From: Bispira polyomma
Taxonomy: Eukaryota
Length of the DNA stretch: 64,000 bases
Direction: 5' to 3'
Assembly: GCA_965649765.1 (NCBI GenBank)
Contig: OZ287750.1
Coordinates: 76,012,001-76,076,000, forward strand
Shown: positions 1 through 15,204 of the stretch, one piece after another
How positions within the stretch are numbered: the first letter of the stretch is position 1
Layout of the letters: the number at the start of each line of letters is the position of its first letter
Notes under the pieces: generated by a model
What the model was told of the DNA's origin: nothing
Databases searched by the model: none
What the model saw: only the letters and a program-made list of their open reading frames with translations
Position numbers and translations under genes: made by a program

Positions 1-2127
1 AAATTTCACACAATTATGTTACTATTTTATTCTGTGATGGAGCATCATGTTTAATTTCATTCCTGCATGGCCCTCTTAAAAAGAAAACAAAGCCAAAAAT
101 GCGGCTTTCCACTTCAATGTTCTGAGTTACTTTGTCTTCTCATCACAAACAAGCTCGCGTTTATATAGTCTAGATAGTGTTCTTGGTGCTGACGATTTCC
201 CACAATTCCCCTCTTTTATAAATATATAGCAGTCCAGCGTATTTACGAGGTTAAACTTGGTATATGACTGACCACAAAAAAAACAAAAAACAACAAAGAT
301 TAAGTCAGAGTTTCACCCAAATATAGCAGCAAGTTAGTCTTACACAATATTATATTTTAATACACAGCTGTGGATATATATATATCAGTTACTTAAGTGC
401 AATCATATCTAAATATATTCTGATGTCACTGAATTTCAGAAATCCTGGTCAGATATCTCTACTTTCACATAAACAACTACATGTTGCTATTGTTTCATCA
501 CCCATCAGTGGTTTATTTTATTTCTGAAGCTGACATAATAACATATATCTTTATTTCTTCCTGCTTGGTTTGCAACGTTCCCACGAATTATTATCTCTCC
601 GTTATTACACACAAGTATAACAAGCAATTAAATAACTGATCATCAGCTTCCAGTACTTTCAAATCCTCTTTCACCAGAACATATATAATATATATGTGTA
701 TTCCCCCGTTCATTCCACAAGGCAATTTCAACTGAATTCAATATTCTCGTTCTTTTATGCAAGACGTTGGCGCTAAAACACAGCTCTGTTTTACTGCTGA
801 ACCCAGGCGCGCGTTTGCGCGTACGAATCTAAAAAGCGTGCTGTCTGCAATAATTAAAATAGGAAACTGAAGTTGCCTCTGTCCCATCCCCTCCTTATAT
901 ATGCATACTGAGACAGGGAAGAAAAAAAGAACGTTCGTCTCTACCCTGGATAAAAAGGCCTGAAATTCTTGATGATATTGTTGAAAGGGAGATAAATGTG
1001 CTGGTTCTTCTTATGAAGTAATCCAATCGACCGCGCTTAAGATAAACAACCAAAATTTGGGGGCCTACAAAATTGCTTCAGTTTTATAGATATAGTTTAT
1101 AATGGCCAGTCGTCCGTATATGTAGATATGTGAGAGCTAGTATACAAAATCATGTTGCCTGCGTGTGGTAACACATACTGATCCCAGCTTAGTTTGTTTA
1201 TCTAGAAACAGCATGGGGTTTGTACATTACATGCATATATTATTATTTTTATTTTTGTATGAAGATAAGTTATAACACAGGAAACACTAGAACAACAATA
1301 TATTTTACACATATGTGTGCGAGTTTTTATAAAATGATAATATATAAATAAACAAGAGGTGGCCTTTAAAAAAAGACATCAGCGCACAGTGTGGCTGACA
1401 CATACTTTCCACAGTTTGGCCAGGTCGATTGATTCCAACCAATCTATTAAGGCCTTGCATATTATTTTCAACATTTTGTTTCAATTTTATCTCAGCATAC
1501 CTAAATTGTATCTATAACGAAAAGTGAAATAATAGATGCTCCTTCTGCACTAGTGGAAGACCTGGGTCCTACTAGTACATCAGAGACATTTCTCATTTCA
1601 CGCTTCCCGACTGTGCCTGATAATAGACTGACAATATAACTCGGACATCACCCTCAGTTTCGCCGGGTAAATTGCTTACAACCAATCCATGAAAGCCTTT
1701 CATATTTTTAAGATGACAGCGCCTTTTTGAGAGTGAAAACAATATGAGGTTATGCTTGATATAAAAGGTAGTCTTTCTGGGTATTATAAAAGTCAACCCC
1801 AACCCAACCATAAGTAGGGGGTTGTTTTATTTGTGATGGTGCACGCCAGAAAATAAACATATAATATACCAAAACAAAATAAACTTGTCTTTCGATGATT
1901 GTCTAAGGCAAAAGATAAAGAAGAAAAGAAGAAAAAACCCACAAAAGAGTTGTTCAATAATTGTCGAGATTTTACAAGTGACTACCGTTGCATGATGGGA
2001 ATTTACAGAAAAATAAACAAAAAAAAAAAATTTAATTTTAAAGTCTGAAGTCAAAATCTTATAACACAGTGAGGAAATAATATCTCATGATTAAACTATG
2101 TTCGTTTATCAGACATAAAAGTGGACG

Positions 2128-2128
<1 letters not shown>

Positions 2129-2158
<30 letters not shown>
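2129..2158. repeat. (TA)n microsatellite
   Basis: Direct reading. Confidence 0.9.
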
Positions 2159-2161
<3 letters not shown>

Positions 2162-2907
2162 ACAATTTGTACCTACACCACTGACTAATAACTTTTAAAT
2201 TAGTAAAATATAATAAGTTTTGAAGCTTCTTAGTTTTTTTACATTCCACAAATAGCTATATTTATACAACAAGCTAGAGATGCTTTTAACATATGTGTAA
2301 TATGTGGAATAAAAACCCCAAATAGTTAAGTCTTAAAGATGAGGAATTTAGAAGTGGAAAAAGCTTTCTAGTTATATTTCTGACATATTTTATAAAAGCA
2401 TACATGTCCATGAAGCAGATCCTATTTACCAAGAGCCTGAAAGGATTTACAAAATATCTTATACCATTGTACAATAATTTATGAACAAATTATTATTAAA
2501 TCCCATAGACAATAAAAAGACATTCAGCGATTCGCCCATTTAGCATTTCTGTGTATTATAAAACCAAGTGATATACCGATACATTAAAGAGGGTGAGCAA
2601 CCATTTATCCAGGGAATATATAAAAAATATGAGACTAAATATAAATGTACAAGTCATTGAATGAAATAATAAAGGATCCCTTCCCCCCCCCCCCCCCTCC
2701 ACCACCAACAGTGACTCATGCATGTGTTGGCTTCTTAATCACGCCTGACCCTGATTCACAGGGACACAATAGATAATATTCATGGGAAGGGAAATAAATA
2801 GCAAGACCAGATTTTAGGGTTCATGTTAGCCTTGGATAGGCTTCCAGTTTCCTATATACAATAACAGAGTTGGGATAAGTAATTACTGTTTCCTTGTAAT
2901 CATACCT

Positions 2908-3272
2908 GGGGCGGTATTCACAAACAAGGATCAAGATCAGATCAAGATCAGATTTTAAGTGACCCTTGGAACAAAATAGACTTAAGCAAGGCTATTGTTT
3001 GATAATGTACACAAAGAAAAGATCATTAGATCTGAAAAGATCAAGTATTTGATCTGTTTTTGGGGGGGATCCTTTTTCCCTCAAACATCTCCTGTCAGCC
3101 ATAGTTGATATGTGCTGATCCAAAGTTAATCCACCAAGTTGGCTGAATTAAAGTTAATGCATTATTTGATCCCAAGAAAACCCAAGATCCAACTTAAACT
3201 GATCCAGAAAGATGATCTTTTTTTCTAAAATTTGATCTGATCTTGACTTTATCTCTTTCGTGAATACCCCCC
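2908..3272. mobile_element. MITE with GGG(C)..TATTCAC / GTGAATACCCC termini
   Basis: Terminal inverted motif shared with copies at ~7924, ~44413, ~46080/51335, 54145, ~55870 and ~63150. Confidence 0.6.
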
Positions 3273-4665
3273 TGGATTGTAACTGAAAATATAATTGGTT
3301 TGTCAAAAACTGTCTGTAGATATTTGATTGGCTTAAACTATAAAAACATTCTAATCAGGGTAATCTAAAAATGTTTGTGATATGGCCTCAGAATAATATA
3401 AATGTACACCAGCAGAAAAATTTAATGAATTTACTTTCTGAACAAGAAACTTTTGTCGAACTTGTAGATTATGTGTTATGGTTAGAATATATATAACAAT
3501 CGAAGGTATATATGTTAAAACTTGTTTCAAATTAAACTTTTATTAAAGTTGTTCAGACAGCCCTTTTCTGTTATATCTAATAGAAGGTAATATGCATATA
3601 GTATATTCATCTGGCTCGCAGGCGTCACTGTATTAGAACTATCCATAAGATATTGACATATATTTAACTACTGTGTAAAGATGTAAAAATTAGGTGTTTT
3701 TTTTAACAAACACGAGACTCAAGCAAGGCTATTGTATGATAATGTACACTGATCTCACTTGTCCAGATAACACAACAGACTTCTAGCACTGAGATTGATG
3801 TTTTTCCCTGGATTGGTCAAGTGCACGTGTGTTATTTTTGCTTTTCTGGGAAAGGAAGTAAAATATAAACAAAGGAGGATGCAGATATTTCCATGGACAG
3901 TTTTTACATACACATGCATATACAGTTATTGCGTTCTGTACTGTGTGTGAATCATAAATACAGATTAACAGCTCAACGTATATTGTGCTTACATCACCAT
4001 ATAGATCTACTTACAGTTACAAATGTCTGCTAGGATTTCTGGGAAAAGGTGGCCCTCTTAATCGCCTTATTCAAATAAAAAAGTAACTTTATTTTCTTTT
4101 ATCTTCTTGCATGATATGAACTTTCAAATGTCCAATTTTTAAGGCAATATGCAATGGTCAGTGCAGTCTGCTTGTGGGTAGGAGTTGAGAGCTCATCACA
4201 TCTCCATAGCCTGTAGAAGCATTAATAGGCAATCACAGGGTGAGCAATACACACGGCATGAGTTTATTTTGAGAATATCAGTGCAGTTCTTTGCTGCAGA
4301 GCATTAAGGTCAACATCTGTCATTAAAAAAGACCATGTCACCACCTATAAGAGCACGTTAAGATAAATTACACGCGTATTATATGTTTAATTTGTGTCAA
4401 ATGCGAAAAAAAAAAACACTTGTTGGTGAACCTGAACACTGTATTTCCTAAATGACTCAGACTTCTTAACTATGGACCTATACTCAAATATACCATTGAC
4501 ACTGACACACAGATTTTATACTTGGGTGAATTTAGACTCAGATTTAACTCAAATGAAGGCTTTCTGTAACGTCCACTCCCCGTATGTTCAAATAGACTAT
4601 ACTTGTAACCATTCATTGTAATAGAGCTGTCAGCGCTGAATTCAAAACTGTAAAATGGATTTTAC

Positions 4666-5135
4666 TTAATTTCACGCCAGCGATAGATATGGAGAACAAA
4701 AAAAACAACAACTGGATTTCAATAGTTGGGATTATTAACGTCACTTTCAGCATGCTTGTGTCATACCACGAAAGGTAGTTTCACTGTTTGCAAGACTGGA
4801 ATTAGAATATGGTCCTAATTGGTCAAGGTTTCCTGCCCTACAAACCACCTACTTTCAGCAAGTCTACTGATAACCTTTCTAATAGACTGAATAATCTGTC
4901 CCTATTTAGCGAGATTCCTTGCTTGATTCTGTCTATTAATTTCACGCTAGCGATAGATATGGAGAACAAAAAAAAAAAATAGATTTCAATAGTTGGGATT
5001 ATTAACGTCACTTTCAGCATGCTTATGTCATACTACAAAAGGTAGTTTCACTGTTTGCAAGACTGGAATCAGAATATGGTACTAATTGGTCAAGGTTTCC
5101 TGCTCTACAAACCACCTACTTTCAGTAAGTCTACT
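4666..5135. repeat. Direct duplication (~200 bp, offset 270) of a SINE-like fragment
   Basis: 4666-4868 matches 4936-5135; similar to the SINE-like sequence at ~34745-34960. Confidence 0.85.
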
Positions 5136-8100
5136 TACAACCTTCCTACATACATGCCAAGGGCCGAAGCCAGTCCATGACAGCACCACAGGCTTAACTA
5201 TATATATTTGCACTTGAGTGTGAGTTTTGCTTGAAAATACGGTCACTGAGCCTTAAGCCATTATATAGGTTATGTCCTGCTAAGCCATCATCTACCTGTA
5301 AGTTACCATCTGTAGCATCTGTACCTATTTACCACTGAGCTCACAACTTGACCTTTTAAGGTCATCTTTTAACAAACCTCTCCTTGTCTTTCACTGTGTT
5401 TTAGATTGCATAGTTACACATACTAAGCCATCATCTACCTATAAATTACCACTTGTAGTTCATATAGCTATTCACCACTCAGTTCACAATTTCACCTTCC
5501 GAGATCATCTTCCATCAAACTTTTCCTCATTGGTTCATTGATTAGGAACTGAGCCCTAAGTGAGGTTATGAATGAAACACAGTCACCTCGTTATAAGATA
5601 CACAAACATCCCTTTTCAATCTACCTGGATTCTACCAAGGCCTACTTTGACCTGGGCATGTTGTTTTTTTTCTCAAGCAAACTAAAAAAGAAAGTTAAAC
5701 TTAGATTCAAACTTATAAAAGCTTTGACGTCTGAACACAGCTGGACTTAGCATTGGCTATATATTTAAACTCATAGCTACTCTTTTAAAATTTACTGTCA
5801 AAATCTAGATTAAAATGATATGTGGCAAAAGTAAATAAGTTATTTGAAAAAGTACAGGAATACCACATGCTTTGCTTGAGTAGAAATTTGTGATCAGGGT
5901 ACTGCTGATTTAGATATATTTTTTATACTTTTTGTGACTTCATTATTATTCAAAGGAATATTTCAATCAAATCTTATCAAACTTACCTAGTGTTTAATCT
6001 CCATTAAAGTAGATTCTAAGGCATATATATCATTATCATATTCAAGTCTCGTAACGTCCTTTACCAAAATGTGACATCTAATATCAAACAAACCCAATTG
6101 TTATCTGTCATCAATCAAACAAAATCTCATATATTTCATGATATTTTGAATCATAAATTATTATAAGTTTTATTAAAGAAAATTATGTTAATTTATATTT
6201 ATTTTGTTTTTACTCTAGGATATTAGTGTTTGTAATAATGTAAACAACATTGTGTATTATTGTAAATAAGCAATATAGAGGCAAGACTTTTGGGGTATAA
6301 TTTCAAAATAGGAATTTCATTTCACGAGACCACGTCGGCGCACTAGACTTTTATTTTAATAACGTTAATTACTGTTACACTGTCATTTAAGCTAGAACAA
6401 TATGTTAGCAGTTAAAGTCACACTGTTTTATTCGGTAATGTCAGCAAGTTTTAAATAATTATTAATTTTGGTTGATGGAAATATGAATTACATGCACCTA
6501 ATGATTTGACCAATAACAAACCTGCAGAAATACATTTTAATGATATATTTAAAACCCAGAGAGTTTCAAAGTCCTGCCAACTCTAGAAAAGATTAGAACA
6601 TTGTCATGAATGTTTGTAGAATGGTACTGGTCACATAGTTAGAATTCATTCTACACAGTACACCACGTGTCATATAATATACCGTGTTATATGACACATT
6701 GACTTAAACAGAGTAATAATGTACTCATGTTGCACTCCTATTTACCCCCAATAACTGTTTTGGCGACGTTTGGTTTTTCGTGTGTTCAGCATCTACTGTT
6801 ATGTACGGAGTCACTTGTGGGACATATACCTACCCTTGTTGACAGCTTTTATCTTCTTATAAAAATACAACCTCGTTGTCACAAGATTATCTTGTTACAG
6901 TAACATTATCAATATTATTAAGGCCTAATTACGTTGTTAAATGGTATCCTCTTTTTATAACGAGATTATAACAACATAAATGGCGTTTACAATCTGTATG
7001 CCCTAAAATGTGTTCTATATAGTTAGATAAGTGCCCTTCTAGTTTTCATCACATGATAATACGACAGGCCAATAATTATATAATGCCAAAGATTTTAACT
7101 AAAGTTGAGACTCCTTTAATCCGCAGTGGCAGATGCATATGCGTACTTAATTTTACTTAATGTGATTCCTTTAATCTTTGTAAGTACATTTACAGACCCA
7201 GATGTGTATGCACAGAAATAAACTACGGATACAATTCCATTTTGAGCGATTTTTACAGATATGTGTGCTATACGGATTACAAATCACATTATTTTGGGGG
7301 GTTTTGCCAGGTTCAAATATTATTTATAACTTTTGGGTAAGTACTGTAGGACAAAGAAGTAAATAAAAATGCCTAGAGGAATACAAATAAAAACATTTGA
7401 CACTGCCAAATTAATAGAACTTGTGAGAGAACAATGCTGTATGAAGTTACACTATAGCAGATTACAAAGATGCTGTTAAGATAAATAATGTGTGGGAAAG
7501 TAACCAGGAAGTTCTAAATGCATATATCCTAGTGTGTTGAAAGAAATTCAGAAATATACATTGATGCGCACACATATATAAACATTTTGGAATGAATCTA
7601 ATCTCTTTAAAAACACAGCAGTATATGTGGTGATGGAGCCAGCCAAAACGTATACAGATCATAAAATGTCAATATGTATAAGTATACACGTCGTGTATTG
7701 TGCATTGAAGGATCCTTACCTTTATCCCTCACCATCAAAATATCTGATCAGCTTCACAGAACTATCAACAAATAATTGTTGTCAAATTAGTTCATTTCGG
7801 TAGGGCCATAGTGACAAAAAGCTAAGAAACAGAACTCTTTGCATCCACCCTTGTATCCAGATTGGTTCTAGTTTATTAGATCCTTCTGTGTAATAAGACG
7901 TGTTGTTTTGTTTTTCTGCAGTCCTGGGGTCGTATACATAAAAGGTCTTTGGCTTAATTTAATACTTATAAAAATGCCAGTAGTTAGTTTTAGTGTAAAA
8001 GAGCAAACTTAACACTAAGCAAAGATATTTTCTTGCTGTCACTGGGACTAAGACCAAACTCTTAATCTTTTCAGACAAAGTTGAAGACCAAAGTCTTAAG

Positions 8101-8789
8101 TTTAAAACTAAAGTTGAGACTAAAGACAGTTTGTGAATGTGATAGACAAACCAATAGACAAGGGTAAAAACATAACCTCCTTGACGGGAAGTATTAATGT
8201 GTCCCATAGTACCACGTTTGTAGGTATTTTTACTAATTACAAACAGTTTGATATGAGGTTTCATCCTTCAGATTTTAATCTCAAATATATAAAATCTGTC
8301 TTTATGTTGTATTATGTTTATGTGTCAATAGCATAGAGTATTTATGATCATAACATGTTGGCATGCCTAGAGGATTTGACAGTTCTACATCACTGTAATA
8401 GCAATACTTTTCACAAATCATTTTAATTGGGCTTAGATGGTCTACATAGATTATAAATAAAAAGAAACGGGTATCAGCTACGGTAGACTCTTAGGGTCTT
8501 GGTTTGCATTTTTTCCGGAAGAAAATGTAATTAACTTTTATTTTCACAAATGTTGTGGCCAATGTTTTATAGCTTAAACAGCAATTATGTAATAAATATT
8601 ATTGCTGTTATAACTAAAATTATTCAGTGGAAAATTAATTTTACGTGAACATTAAATGTTGTATTAATCTTTACGCAGTAAAAATTAGGCCTTACAGTAA
8701 AAGTAAATTCTACCGATTTAGTTAAATTTAGTTTCTGCTTAACATTTCCAATTGTATCAATAATTTGTATCTGATTTAATAATGTAATT

Positions 8790-9200
8790 TTGAATTTTGC
8801 ATTTTTAACTCGCCTTATTAATTCAAGGCATCTTCTCTAAATCGCAAACAACAGAATCTGTTAACTTTTAATTAACTAATCAAGAAGTCCAGAAAAAAAG
8901 TGAGGTCATAAGGAAAGATGTAGATGACAGGGGGGAGGGGGGGGGGAACAGGGAGGGAACTAAGATGGGTAAAGTAAGCCAGGTCTAAGAGATAGTTTTC
9001 AAGTTTACTCCTAAACCAAGAAAGTGTTTCTAAATATCTTAGCTCAACTGGGAGAATATTCCATAATATAGGGGCAGCTATTGAGAAAGCTCTTGATCCA
9101 GCCCTTTTGCTTGGTTTAACAGATGAAACATAAAAGTCTCTTTCCTCCCTTGAGGCTGCTGAAGGAAAGACCAGTCGCAAGGTGGGCCGGCTGTTGTGAG
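8790..9200 (-). mobile_element. 3' fragment of an L2/CR1-type LINE
   Basis: RAFSIAAPILWNILP...FRSKLENYL resembles the L2/CR1 ORF2 C-terminus; its 3'UTR is shared with 58820-59146. Confidence 0.8.
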
Positions 9201-12200
9201 ACAACAGCTTTGAAAGTGGTGACATGTATTTTAAACAGAAGCCAATGCTATTTTTTGAGGGACAGAGAGACAAATAGTTTTAAATGGCTGTAACTTATTA
9301 ATGTGAGACATTTTAATACCAAATAGAAGGGAATTAGAGTAGTTAAGATTGCTACTTACAAAAGGAATTAGCTACAGTAATAGCAGTATCCAGTGACAAG
9401 TGATTTCTGATGCCTTTGATATCATGAATGTGATAGCAACAGGAGCGACATATGTTGCTGATTGTGCATACCAAATGAAAAAGCAGAATCAATAGTGACA
9501 TTGAGGTTTTTGATGCTGTTTGGAGGTTGTTTATTTTTTGCCCAGCAGTACAATGAATAATGATCTTAAGTTCTTTAATTGTGTTTATTATATTGTGTTA
9601 TTGCTGTATGAGTATAAATTAACAGTAAGTGGAATTCTTTCTTTTTTTTCACGAGGAAATAATTTTAGCTAATTTATTAGCAATTAAAACAGTAGCAATG
9701 GTAATATTTTCTTCAAGTTAGTTTTTTCTGGACTTCTTGATTAGTTAATTAAAAGTTATATCTTACTGATTGTTTTACAGCTGAGGTAAATTTGTATGAT
9801 ATTACGGCCACATATACAGTCGTACTGGCGAACCACACAAAGCAAAGTCATTACTGCTCTGAACAGATAAACTGATCACCATCATTTCATATGATCCAAC
9901 TAATTATCATTTAAACTCCCTGTCAACTGAAACGACTAGGCAGAGTAGTTCTATTAAAACTAAAAGAAAACAGAGAAAAACTACATATGTCTAGTTCATA
10001 TTATTTTATACCAGGGGCACCAAGCATCTCTTGTCAAAAGTTTCAGCTTCGTATAATGTCGTGTTTGTCTGCCACACAACGTTTAACTACAACCCCCAGC
10101 CTAAAGTAAATACGTTAAATTACAGACAGGGATTGGTTGACAAAAAGTCTAATGAATTCATCTCATTATATGATGGTTTATCAATCCTCTGCGTGAGGAA
10201 AATGAAGACATCTCCCCATCATGTCCCCCCAGATTGAGTTTCATATAAGCCCACCCAGATTGGATTGGGGGAAAACGTGAAAGTTAACTCCCAAGTTTGT
10301 TATAAGGTTTCATATTATGTGACTAAATTTGCGAAGTTTTCTTTTACACAAATGTTGTTCAAAATATTTAAAGGGGAATCAGATATTTATTTATTGTGTG
10401 TCTGTGTATTTCAAATCTATCAGATGCTTTATTTCATATGCTGTAAAATCTGTGTATATTGTTAAATTTATTTTTTTTATCTACTGGGCATTTGAATTTA
10501 AGTTCCAGTTTATGGAATATGGACCACAGAACATTCTGTAATAAGTCCCATGCAGCTAGCTATGGGTCTGAATTCTTATCAATGTGTTTCATCTTTAAAA
10601 AGTCATGCAAATAATTATGGAAGACTAAATGTGTGTATTTAACAAAAAAAAAATGTCTAAATGCTTATAATAGGATGTATATATAGAATATGGCCATATT
10701 TTTTTCGAAAAAAAGTTGGCCACTCCCTAATTGTGAAACTAACATTATTCACCAACTATATCCGAAATTTATGCTGTAATTTGAATAATAGCAGCATAAC
10801 AGTTATATAATATAAGTTGTATTTACTCTACACATAATTAGAAAAAATAGGTTAAAGTTGAAATTTATAATGGGACCCAGGTGTGGTTGAAACGACACAG
10901 ATAACATGTTTAATTACATATATGGCTGAATTGTTAAATTAAATGAATTTACCTAAATCTATTAAATATCGTTTATAATTTGCTTTTGTATTTATTTATC
11001 AATAATGCATAAATATGCGAAGAATTAGCTATTTTCACAATTCTTATCGGACATGAAAAGATATACAAAGAATAAGCTATTTTCACCATTCTTATATGAC
11101 CTAAAAAGATGAAGTATTAGCTGCGACTAAACAGAACGTCTTCATGTATACTACAGTTAGCCTTACAAGCGGACGTTGTATATCGGCATCGGAACTAAGC
11201 TAAGTAATCGTCTTATACCAGGACATAGTGATGTACGGAAAGGGATCCTAAATGAAGATTCTCTGGAAAGCTGCCTTTCAGGAAGACTGACCGTCAAAAT
11301 AGATGGGGGATGGGGGGGGGGGGGGGAAGCATAATAGATTATATATTTAAACGTTTTTCTGTAAAATTAAATATCTGCCTATTTTTATAATTATTAATTA
11401 ACTATGAGTGACTGTGGACTATTTCTTTGACTATCCCTATCTTTACCAGCCTTTGTGTTTGATTAAAAGACGTGTATAAGAAATGACCTACTCACTTTGT
11501 TCATTCTGTAAGGATCAAATGCTGGATGACTTCCATATTGTTACCCAACTATACGTTTTGTAAACTATAGTACTTATTGCATGGTAATCTCCTGTGTTAA
11601 TGTTGTATACACACGTCATAAATATATACTAACTATGTTAAATTTATCAAATACAAGTGTTTCATAAATCATGTTTCTATAATATAAAAGCCACTATTCC
11701 TCCCCTTTCATTTCTATTAAGAGGCACTTTTAGAAATCTGCACATTATACAGCAGATATTCAAAACTTTCAATAATAGCTCTTATACATGTTTATATTTC
11801 ATATAATATTAAATTTTTACTTGATGCAGCAAACTGTGGGACGCAACACAAAATATAAAATTCCCTATTGATGGGGATACCTTTCTTTACAGAGTCCATT
11901 TATAGCCATTTCTGCATTATTTGACAACAAAATGATGTTCACGCATGTTGTTATAGAAGGTAAAGGAGCTTTTTTAGTATTTTACTAAGGTATCATTTGG
12001 AAAGTTATAATTGTACCTTTGCCTTTTGCTTCAAAATTATAAGTATACCTTGTTTATATAATCAAATTAGCCAACCCCATGGTTGACTTTTGAAAGTACT
12101 AAGAACATGTAAATTTAAGTAACAGCATTTATATATAGATTTCATATTAATGTTCTTTTCCTGTCATGGTCCCTCTTTTTCAAAACGATAATTTTAAGCC

Positions 12201-13940
12201 ACTTCTCCTTAATTCACTTCTTATTTAAGAATACACACGTGCATTTATATCCATTGATATTCAGAAAAAATAAAACAATCTCAAAACGTATTTGAAATTA
12301 AATTTTTTTTTTTATTTAGGATACAATCGAATCGGTGCATTAAAAACTGCTCTCCTAAATATCCGGGGTATCTTTTCGGTAAATGGTCATACAATGTCAA
12401 GGCCTTTTGTGTTGGAAGGTTTTGTTTTCTTGTAAAAATAATAAAATTACTGTAAACCCCAATTATTAACAAATTTATCTTCTCCTGTTGTAGTGTGTTA
12501 ATACATTCGAGAAATATTACATTAATACATGTGGAAGTAAACCTTTAAAGTCCAGATTTACGTAAGTTATTTTGATGATGAACTTTTGGGTGGGGGCAAT
12601 TAGTTCGGTTCATTCGTTTGGTTATTCATTTGTTCATAGAAGATCGGTTAAATTCGAAAATCAGTGATGTCTGGTGTTTTGATGTTCACACACAGTGTTG
12701 TAATTTGCAAAACACCTTATCTTTCTCACTTTAAACTATCGATATTTGAAAATTACAATTTTAACCAATTTATCCAAAATTTCCCGTCTGTGAAAAAAAA
12801 TGCGATATATAACCACTATAAGACAGTTTCAAAAATTTTAACAATTGGGACGGATTATTTTGTCTACGACAGCTACAGACAAGTTATAATGACTGTAACT
12901 AATCGATGCCCAACCAAATTAAAACAGTGAATATCCCTTTGAAGGAACACTTATTTCAAACACACTTTTGATCATGCAAACATGAAAAATATCCCAAACG
13001 GATTTCACATGACAAATGCTTCTGTGTCCTTTGTAGTCACAGCTATATTTGCAATCATGTAGAAGGTGGGCATCAGTTGGTACATAGGCGTTTACTGGTC
13101 TGTCACCACTAGCTGATTCAGTTGCGCAAAATTAAATGCTATTTCGGCGTATATATTAATTTGGCGCAAATGCAGCCTTGTAAGATTCACATTTCAATAT
13201 GAATATGTTGATATGTAAAGGATCATTCATCCATAAATCTTATGACCACAAACTGGTTTTATTGTCAATATTATTTTATAATACTGAGCTGAAACTTCAC
13301 CTACCGTAAATAGGTTAATACACCAAAATAAAATTGTGCCACTGTTATATATATATATATATTTATTATACCTCGGCGGCGAATCCAGCAATCTTATTGG
13401 TTAAAATGCGATCATGTGACATAACATATTTCCAGATATGGCCCGGGAGTCGGGGGCCATATCATTGCAGCGGGCCATAGCACTTGCAAAGTAAATAAAC
13501 AAATATAAAAATGGCTACCCTTATTTAAACTTAAATATCTCTGTCATTTCTTAACGGATTTGGATGCAACAAAAAGCACAATAATCACAATAAAATAAGC
13601 TTTCTCATATTTTCTCATATTTTTAGAACGTTTTTAGCTTTAGTAATTTCTGAGTTATTAATAAATTATTGACAATTTAGATTTATACGTCCAAGTAATA
13701 TATGCATCGAAATAACATAAGAAGACCATACATGATGTTTATATATGAACTGTTAAATGTTCTTGATATACTGGGTCTGCCTCATGGGAGCTAGGTGCGC
13801 TACTAAACCTCGGAGCTCCAAATATATCCCGGGAATGCTACAATATTTACAGTGAGAAAATAAATAGACGTCGGGTCTGTAAAATTTCTTTTTAAAGGCA
13901 CTCCTTATTAAAAATTCTGAGAAATGCTTCATTATAATAA

Positions 13941-14093
13941 ACAGAATATAAGCTGTTTGTGAGAGCCATACTGGATATATGCACTCTTGGTTAGCCCAAT
14001 ATGGCTTTTGGGCCTGACAGCCCTCAAGCCATATTGACCTGACCTCTGGTGCATATTTTGCAGTATAGCCCTCACAAACAGCTTATATTCTGT
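13941..14093. repeat. Palindromic non-autonomous element (~33-bp inverted arms)
   Basis: acagaatataagctgtttgtgag.gc.atactg ... cagtat.gc.ctcacaaacagcttatattctgt. Confidence 0.8.
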
Positions 14094-15066
14094 AAATATT
14101 TTCATTGGAAAATCTTAGGTCGGTGACCAACAGGTAGTACTTTGCTAGAACATCTAGAGAGGTTTCCCACAGGTCATGGAAAACATTCTATACCAAAATT
14201 GTCATAGAAAATTCCTAGAATTTTTAAAAAGTCATGAAACTTTTAAAATATATTGAAAATATTATGCTATGACAAAATACTGTGGCTCAATGATACAAAT
14301 TTAATAATGGTCCATGTCAATTCTCGCTAAGTCTGGAAGAGAATATTAGAACATTTGGTATTCCCCTAAACTAAAGCAAATAAAAATTGTAATTTGGATG
14401 AGCAGATATTTGTTTTTGAAAGTTTAAGTTTCTTCTATATACTACAAAAATGTGAAATGTAAACATAATTTTGGTTACAATATTAAATAGCAGTTAAATT
14501 AAATGACAGTTTTTGTAGAATGTCTTTGATATTGCGCCAAAACAAATAATTGATAGAGTAAAAAATCAAAAATTTGCCACTCAATCTAAAATTTGCCACC
14601 CCTTTTACTTTAAGCAAATCAATAAAAATTGGCCAAAAATTACTGGAATTTAGGTAAGTAAGGCCAAATATTCACAAAAATCTCAATTTCAGCAAATATT
14701 ACCCACAATTCTGCCAAAAAGACAATATTTCACGCACATTTCACTAAATGTACATTCAATTGAATGAAAATAAAATCTGTCTATAAATCTGGCCCCAAAA
14801 TGTTTTATTTGTGCGTAGTTGCAAAAATTTCTGGGTAAATTAAACCACACCTGTGCAAAAACAGAATCGCCAAGTTTCACTATCTAATATCCATGTTTTT
14901 CCAAATAAACGTTTGTATTGATCATTTCAATTGTTATATTTTTAGGGACACACATGGAAAAAGTGCATTGACCAGGATGGTTTTGGACAGAGATTATTGT
15001 TTAATTAGTGTTTAAGGACAATTCTCTGTAAATAATGAGATGAGGTGTTTAGAATAAGACACCACA

Positions 15067-15204
15067 ATGTACTTCCCTACGGGCTGGCCCCGTCAGCTAG
15101 CGTATCAAGTCGATGGATCACCACTTATACATTTGTCAGCCAATCCAGACAGGCTTCTGTTTGTAGTTCTTACGCACAAAACCATTGCCATTTGGTACTG
15201 CAAG
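15067..15204 (+). CDS. RIC1: RIC1 coding exon 1 ([14 protein letters not shown]...IAIWYCK)
   Basis: ATG at 15067, donor GTAGGA at 15205, 138 nt, phase 0; resembles RIC1 N-terminus MYFxxGWP. Confidence 0.93.

Noticed and set aside
1-14900. A protein-coding gene or RIC1 promoter/5'UTR exons in the first 15 kb (CpG-richer patches near 800, 11150, 13100; minus-strand donor-like site near 7718; possible acceptor at 14945)
   Set aside because: No recognisable protein motifs or consistent exon chain; short ORFs are low-complexity AT-rich noise. Non-coding exons cannot be established without transcript data.
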